Shown piece after piece: positions 56,691 to 64,000 of a stretch of 64,000 nt of DNA. Where the stretch lies: NCBI RefSeq assembly GCF_902652985.1, contig NC_047015.1, forward strand, positions 45,136,001 to 45,200,000, read 5' to 3'. The stretch's first letter is position 1, and each line of letters begins with the position of its first letter. The DNA comes from Pecten maximus. Lineage: Eukaryota. The position numbers were made by a program, and so were the translations under genes. The notes beneath the pieces were generated by a model. That model ran no database searches, had not been told where the DNA came from, and saw only the letters and a program-made list of their open reading frames with translations.

Positions 56691-57709
56691 GATCCTCATT
56701 ATATTTTACCTTGGGCTTTATTTTCTTTCTACAAAAACACTCCAAAATTTTTCAAGGTCATATGCTTCTATCATCATTCGTCTTTCCTATGTTTCTCGTC
56801 AAATAGAACCGACGTATTATAGAATATAGAGCTAAAAAAAGTTTCAATCGAAAGCATGTTTCATGTAGAGATTTTCACAGCTGATCAAAAGATCAATGGA
56901 GCTGTTATAAAACCTCTAATACGTTAATCAACTTCTAGTTTTCTAGTAAGCAATTTCATCACACGACTGTAACCCTGATTTCACAGCTCTATGGATGGTC
57001 GTTTGGATGGTGGATTACCTGAGAAACTAGACGAGCCAGCAACAACTCATTGTTTATAAAGATTATTGTGAATGATTATAAACCAATGCAAAAGGTAAAA
57101 GTGAATTTTAGATATGGTTTTAATTAGAGAAACACTTAATGATCAATTCCGAATATTAAGTTTTATATATTTTTGCCGTACATCTATGACTCCTGCTTAA
57201 GGACATTCTTTAACTTAGTTTTTTTTCCCGTAGAAAATGCATTACAAATGTAAGGAAAATTCCTGTTATTATTTCTTTAAATCCAATAATGTTTTCTTAT
57301 GTGTTAAGTCAAGGAAGTTTCCTAAGATGAGGGACGTTGAAGAGACTGGGGGTAATTTGGATAAAAGGTAAACACAATACAATAATGAAGTTATCATAAC
57401 ATTGTCATCTGTCACAATAGATTACAATTGATATACCTACAGCGAGACGTAAATTTTGTATGTACATCACATATTTTACATAAATTATACCGTATGTAAA
57501 TATTCATGTATACAATGTTTGAGGATGGGGACCCATCTGTTGGACTCGTTTTTCATGGTTTTTCAAAAAAAAAAATTAAAATGAATGATAATTGATGTCA
57601 CCAAGTAAATCCACTTATACTAAATCTTCACGTCAAATTTAACAGTTAATCAATCCGTGTACTGAAGAGTTCCCACGAAGTCAACGAAAATAAAACTCAA
57701 TGAATATTT

Positions 57710-60700
57710 ATAGGTCCTCAGTATTACCTGTAGTTGTATATCGGTATGTCGTCAGTATTACCTGTAGTTGTATATCGGTATGTCGTCAGTATTACCTGTA
57801 GTTGTATATCGGTATGTCGTCAGTATTACCTGTAGTGTATATCGGTATGTCCTCAGTATTACCTGTAGCTGTATATAGGTATGTCCCCAGTATTACCTGT
57901 AGTTGTATATCGGTATGTCCCCAGTATTACCTGTAGCTGTATATAGGTATGTCCCCAGTATTACCTGTAGTTGTATATAGGTATGTCGTCAGTATTGCCT
58001 GTAGTGTATATAGGTATGTCCTCAGTATTACCTGTAGTTGTATATCGGTATGTCGTCAGTATTACCTGTAGTGTATATAGGTATGTCGTCAGTATTACCT
58101 GTAGTGTATATCGGTATGTCGTCAGTATTACCTGTAGTGTATATCGGTATGTCGTCAGTATTACCTGTAGTGTATATCGGTATGTCCCCAGTATTACCTG
58201 TAGTTGTATATCGGTATGTCCCCAGTATTACCTGTAGTTGTATATCGGTATGTCGTCAGTATTACCTGTAGTTGTATATCGGTATATCCCCAGTATTACC
58301 TGTAGTTGTATATCGGTATGTCCTCAGTATTACCTGTAGTGTATATCGGTATGTCCCCAGTATTACCTGTAGCTGTATATAGGTATGTCCCCAGTATTAC
58401 CTGTAGTTGTATATAGGTATGTCGTCAGCATTACCTGTAGTTGTATATCGGTATGTCGTCAGTATTACCTGTAGTTGTATATCGGTATGTCCCCAGTATT
58501 ACCTGCAGTTGTATATAGGTATGTCGTCAGTATTACCTGTAGTTGTATATCGGTATGTCGTCAGTATTACCTGTAGTGTATATCGGTATGTCGTCAGTAT
58601 TACCTGTAGTTGTATATTGGTATGTCCTCAGTATTACCTGTGGTTGTATATCGGTATGTCGTCAGTATTACCTGTAGTTGTATATTGGTATGTCGTTAGT
58701 ATTACCTGTAGTGTATATCGGTATGTCGTCAGTATTACCTGTAGTGTATATCGGTATGTCGTCAGTATTACCTGTAGTTGTATATCGGTATGTCCTCAGT
58801 ATTACCTGTAGTTGTATATCGGTATGTCCCCAGTATTACCTGTAGTGTATATCGGTATGTCGTCAGTATTACCTGTAGTGTATATCAGTATGTCGTCAGT
58901 ATTACCTGTAGTGTATATAGGTATGTCGTCAGTATTACCTATAGTGTATATAGGTATGTCCTCAGTATTACCTGTAGTTGTATATCGGTATGTCGTCAGC
59001 ATTACCTGTAGTGTATATAGGTATGTCGTCAGTATTACCTGTAGTTGTATATCGGTATGTCGTCAGCATTACCTGTAGTGTATATAGGTATGTCGTCAGT
59101 ATTACCTGTTGTGTATATCGGTATGTCGTCAGTATTACCTGTTGTGTATATCGGTATGTCGTCAGTATTACCTGTAGTGTATATAGGTATGTCCTCAGTA
59201 TTACCTGTAGTGTATATCGGTATGTCGTCAGTATTACCTGTAGTGTATATAGGTATGTCGTCAGTATTACCTGTAGTTGTATATCGGTATGTCGTCAGTA
59301 TTACCTGTAGTGTATATCGGTATGTCGTCGGTATTACCTGTAGTTGTATATCGGTATGTCCTCAGTATTACCTGTAGTTGTATATCGGTATGTCGTCAGT
59401 ATTACCTGAAGTGTATATCGGTATGTCGTCAGTATTACCTGTAGTTGTATATCGGTATGTCGTCAGTATTACCTGTAGTGTATATCGGTATGTCCCCAGT
59501 ATTACCTGTAGTTGTATATCGGTATGTCCTCAGTATTACCTGTAGTGTATATCGGTATGTCCTCAGTATTACCTGTAGTTGTATATCGGTATGTCCCCAG
59601 TATTACCTGTAGTTGTATATCGGTATATCCTCAGTATTACCTGTAGTGTATATCGGTATGTCCCCAGTATTACCTGTAGTTGTATATCGGTATGTCGTCA
59701 GTATTACCTGTAGTGTATATCGGTATGTCGTCAGTATTACCTGTAGTTGTATATCGGTATGTCGTCAGTATTACCTGTAGTTGTATATCGGTATGTCGTC
59801 AGTATTACCTGTAGTGTATATCGGTATGTCGTCAGTATTACCTGTAGTTGTATATCGGTATGTCCTCAGTATTACCTGTAGTTGTATATCGGTATGTCGT
59901 CAGTATTACCTGTAGTGTATATCGGTATGTCGTCAGTATTACCTGTAGTTGTATATCGGTATGTCCCCAGTATTACCTGTAGTTGTATATCGGTATGTCG
60001 TCAGTATTACCTGTAGTTGTATATCGGTATGTCCTCAGTATTACCTGTAGTTGTATATCGGTATGTCGTCAGTATTACCTGTAGTGTATATCGGTATGTC
60101 GTCAGTATTACCTGTAGTTGTATATCGGTATGTCCTCAGTATTACCTGTAGTTGTATATCGGTATGTCGTCAGTATTATCCGTAGTGTATATCGGTATGT
60201 CCTCAGTATTACCTGTAGTGTATATCGGTATGTCCTCAGTATTACCTGTAGTTGTATATCGGTATGTCGTCAGTATTACCTGTAGTGTATATCGGTATGT
60301 CCTCAGTATTACCTGTAGTGTATATAGGTATGTCGTCAGTATTACCTGTAGTGTATATAGGTATGTCCTCAGTATTACCTGTAGTTGTATATCGGTATGT
60401 CGTCAGCATTACCTGTAGTGTATATAGGTATGTCCTCAGTATTACCTGTAGTTGTATATCGGTATGTCGTCAGTATTACCTGTAGTGTATATCGGTATGT
60501 CGTCAGTATTACCTGTAGTGTATATCGGTATGTCGTCAGTATTACCTGTAGTGTATATAGGTATGTCCTCAGTATTACCTGTAGTTGTATATCGGTATGT
60601 CGTCAGTATTACCTGTAGTGTATATCGGTATGTCGTCAGTATTACCTGTAGTTGTATATCGGTATGTCCTCAGTATTACCTGTAGTTGTATATCGGTATG

Positions 60701-61600
60701 TCGTCAGTATTACCTGTAGTTGTATATTGGTATGTCGTCAGTATTACCTGTAGTGTATATCGGTATGTCGTCAGTATTACCTGTAGTTGTATAGGTATGT
60801 CGTCATTATCTGTATGTATCGGTATGTCCTCAGATTACCTGTAGTGTATATAGGTATGTCCTCAGTATTACCTGTAGTGTATATAGGTATGTCGTCAGTA
60901 TTACCTGTAGTTGTATATCGGTATGTCGTCAGTATTACCTGTAGTGTATATCGGTATGTCCCCAGTATTACCTGTAGTTGTATATCGGTATGCCCTCAGT
61001 ATTACCTGTAGTTGTATATCGGTATGTCCCCAGTATTACCTGTAGTTGTATATCGGTATGTCCTCAGTATTACCTGTAGTGTATATCGGTATGTCGTCAG
61101 TATTACCTGTAGTTGTATATCGGTATGTCCTCAGTATTACCTGTAGTTGTATATTGGTATGTCGTCAGTATTACCTGTAGTTGTATATCGGTTTGTCCTC
61201 AGTATTACCTGTAGTTGTATATTGGTATGTCGTCAGTATTACCTGTAGTGTATATCGGTATGTCCTCAGTATTACCTGTAGTTGTATATTGGTATGTCCT
61301 CAGTATTACCTGTAGTTGTATATCGGTATGTCGTCAGTATTACCTGTAGTTGAATATTGGTATGTCCTCAGTATTACCTGTAGTTGTATATCGGTATGTC
61401 CCCAGTATTACCTGTAGTGTATATCAGTATGTCCTCAGTATTACCTGTAGTTGTATATAGGTATGTCCTCAGTATTACCTGTAGTTGTATATCGGTATGT
61501 CCCCAGTATTACCTGTATTGTATATCAGTATGTCCTCAGTATTACCTGTAGTTGTATATAGGTATGTCCTCAGTATTACCTGTAGTTGTATATTGGTATG
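57710..61600. repeat. 33/34-bp minisatellite (GTATGTCGTCAGTATTACCTGTAGT[T]GTATATCG), ~115 copies
   Basis: Direct periodicity with three recurrent polymorphic sites. Confidence 0.98.
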
Positions 61601-62569
61601 CCCTACCATTAACTACAGTTTCTTTATCTGGGTAAACATGGTTTGAAACAGTCGAAACTTCTTGTCTTAATATAAAACAATACTCTTTAAGTGTTCCCAA
61701 AATCACAATGTCTGTGATACTAATGACAGAAGAACACAGAAACACGCGGTTGAGGACAGTTTTATGGCTGATATAACAGTTAGATTAGACGTCTTTGTGG
61801 TGTTTGTTACTTGTTTGTACATCCTTAGTGTTTCCTTTTGTCATTATCCTGGTTCTTATTTTAGGAGCGTGACATTATGTGGACTTGGCCATGCTTTTAC
61901 AAGGCGGATATCATCAATAGTTCACGTGTCTAAAAGCTAATCAGTATTTTGCTAATATTGGAACTCGTTTTTATCTTGTCTCAGTTAGTATTACGATTTA
62001 GTTTGCATATTCTTATTATATTGTTTTTATTTAACGGTTTACATACAGACTTTGTTAAGACCCTTAATTTTAGATACAGCACAGTTAGTGACCAAGAAAA
62101 TTGACCATGTTGGTTGTATAATTATATCCTCGCGACATTTACATCAAGGACACTGGACGCTTTTCTATCTACCACTTACACCAGTCTGTACTTATAATGA
62201 TGCCCGAAACAAATCATTACTTGATGACTTTCAATATTCCTCTTGTGGTTACATTATATCCATTTCTAGATAGTAACACATCTGCTTCCCGAGCGTACGT
62301 TGTTTACAGATGTTGCACTTGGTTCAATATCCAAGGGTTGTTCCGAGTAAAACTATTTCCGCGGGGTCGACTGTTCACAGATACACTACCTACTTTTGAT
62401 GTTCTTTTAAATTGTGATCTGTTTGTTTCAACATAATACGAATGTCAATTTCACAAAGGGTTAAATATGTTGTATTGTGTATTAAAATATCAGATGTCCG
62501 CTTCCTGACTTTTTAGTGTTGATAGACTTTCATCGTTACAAATGACATGGAAAATCTGTATCTGTTACA

Positions 62570-64000
62570 AAATTACACTGTACTACAACCTATATACTAT
62601 AGGTTAGACTGTACTACATGTACAACCTACACACTATAGGTCATTATACTGTACTATAGGTCATTACACTGTACTACAGCCTACATACTATAGGTCATTA
62701 TACTGTACTATAGGTCATTACACTGTACTACAACCTACACACTATAGGTCATTATACTATACTACAACCTACATACTATAGATCATTATACTGTACTACA
62801 ACCTTCATACTATAGGTCATTATACTGTACTACAACCTACATACTATAGGTCATTATACTGTACTACAACCTACATACTATAGGTCATTATACTGTACTA
62901 CAACCTACATACTATATGTCATTATACTGTATTACAATCTACATACTATAGGTCATTATACTGTACTACAACCTACATACTATAGGTCATTATACTGTAC
63001 TACAACCTATATACTATAGATCATTATACTGTACTACAACCTACATACTATAGGCCATTATACTGTACTACAACCTACATACTATAGGTCATTATACTGT
63101 ACTACAACCTATATACTATAGGTCATTATACTGTACTACAACCTACATACTATAGGTCATTATACTGTACTACAACCTATATACTATAGGTCATTATACT
63201 GTACTACAACCTACATACTATAGGTCATTATACTCTACTACAACCTACATACTATATGTCATTATACTGTACTACAACCTACATACTATAGGTCATTATA
63301 CTGTACTATAGGTCATTATACTGTACTACAACCTACATACTACAGGTCATTATACTGTACTACAACCTACATACTACAGGTCATTATACTGTACTACAAC
63401 CTACATACTATAGGTCATTATACTGTACTACAACCTACATACTATAGGTCATTATACTGTACTACAACCTACATACTATAGGTCATTATACTGTACTACA
63501 ACCTATATACTATAGGTCATTATACTGTACTACAACCTACATACTATAGGTCATTATACTGTACTACAACCTACATACTATAGGTCATTATACTGTACTA
63601 CAACCTACATACTATAGGTCATTATACTGTACTACAACCTTTATACTATAGGTCATTATACTGTACTACAACCTACATACTATAGGTTATTATACTGTAT
63701 TACAACCTACATACTATAGGTCATTATACTGTACTACAACCTACATACTATAGGTCATTATACTGTACTACAACCTACATACTATATGTCATTATACTGT
63801 ACTACAACCTACATACTATAGGTCATTATACTGTACTACAACCTACATACTATAGGTCATTATACTGTACTACAACCTACATACTATAGATCATTATACT
63901 GTACTACAACCTACATACTATATGTCATTATACTGTACTACAATCTACATACTATATGTCATTATACTGTACTACAACCTACATACTATAGGTCATCATA
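62570..64000. repeat. 34-bp minisatellite (TACTATAGGTCATTATACTGTACTACAACCTACA), running off the window
   Basis: Direct periodicity, with occasional 19-bp deletion units. Confidence 0.98.

Noticed and set aside
57971-61011. YIGMSSVLPVV-repeat ORFs
   Set aside because: They are translations of the 33/34-bp minisatellite with constant frameshifts.
13251-64000. CRISPR-like arrays (repeat lengths 26-41 bp)
   Set aside because: Units are head-to-tail with no unique spacers, there are no cas genes, and the context is eukaryotic.

Overview
AT-rich animal genomic DNA. It looks like a bivalve mollusc, judged from the SINE, MITE and minisatellite types, but that assignment is an inference. The only host coding sequence I can support is the 3' end of a + strand Pax2/5/8-like gene. 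Four exons (1-114, 2248-2367, 7183-7293, 7733-7839) are joined by phase-1 GT-AG introns and give a Pro/Ser/Thr/Tyr-rich C-terminus ending ...AWTMRYGPGGIL|NTPAYYY...AAAAASPSKT*. The ORF track does not show this gene. The first intron holds a candidate alternative or poison exon (from 1810), and there is a NAGNAG acceptor at 7177-7182. The remaining ~56 kb has no recognisable host gene. About 30% of the window is made of at least 14 distinct minisatellite arrays (11-42 bp units). There is also a 5'-truncated L1/Tx1-type LINE with a perfect 14-bp TSD, an IS3EU-like palindromic MITE with a 6-bp TSD, a piggyBac-like TTAA MITE, two decayed Meta-type SINEs and a 144-N assembly gap. All long ORFs at 52-61 kb are translations of tandem repeats. 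I found no convincing novel multi-gene system. The most interesting leads are the Pax2/5/8 splicing options, a DnaA-box-mimicking satellite and a possibly related inverted pair of 34-bp arrays.
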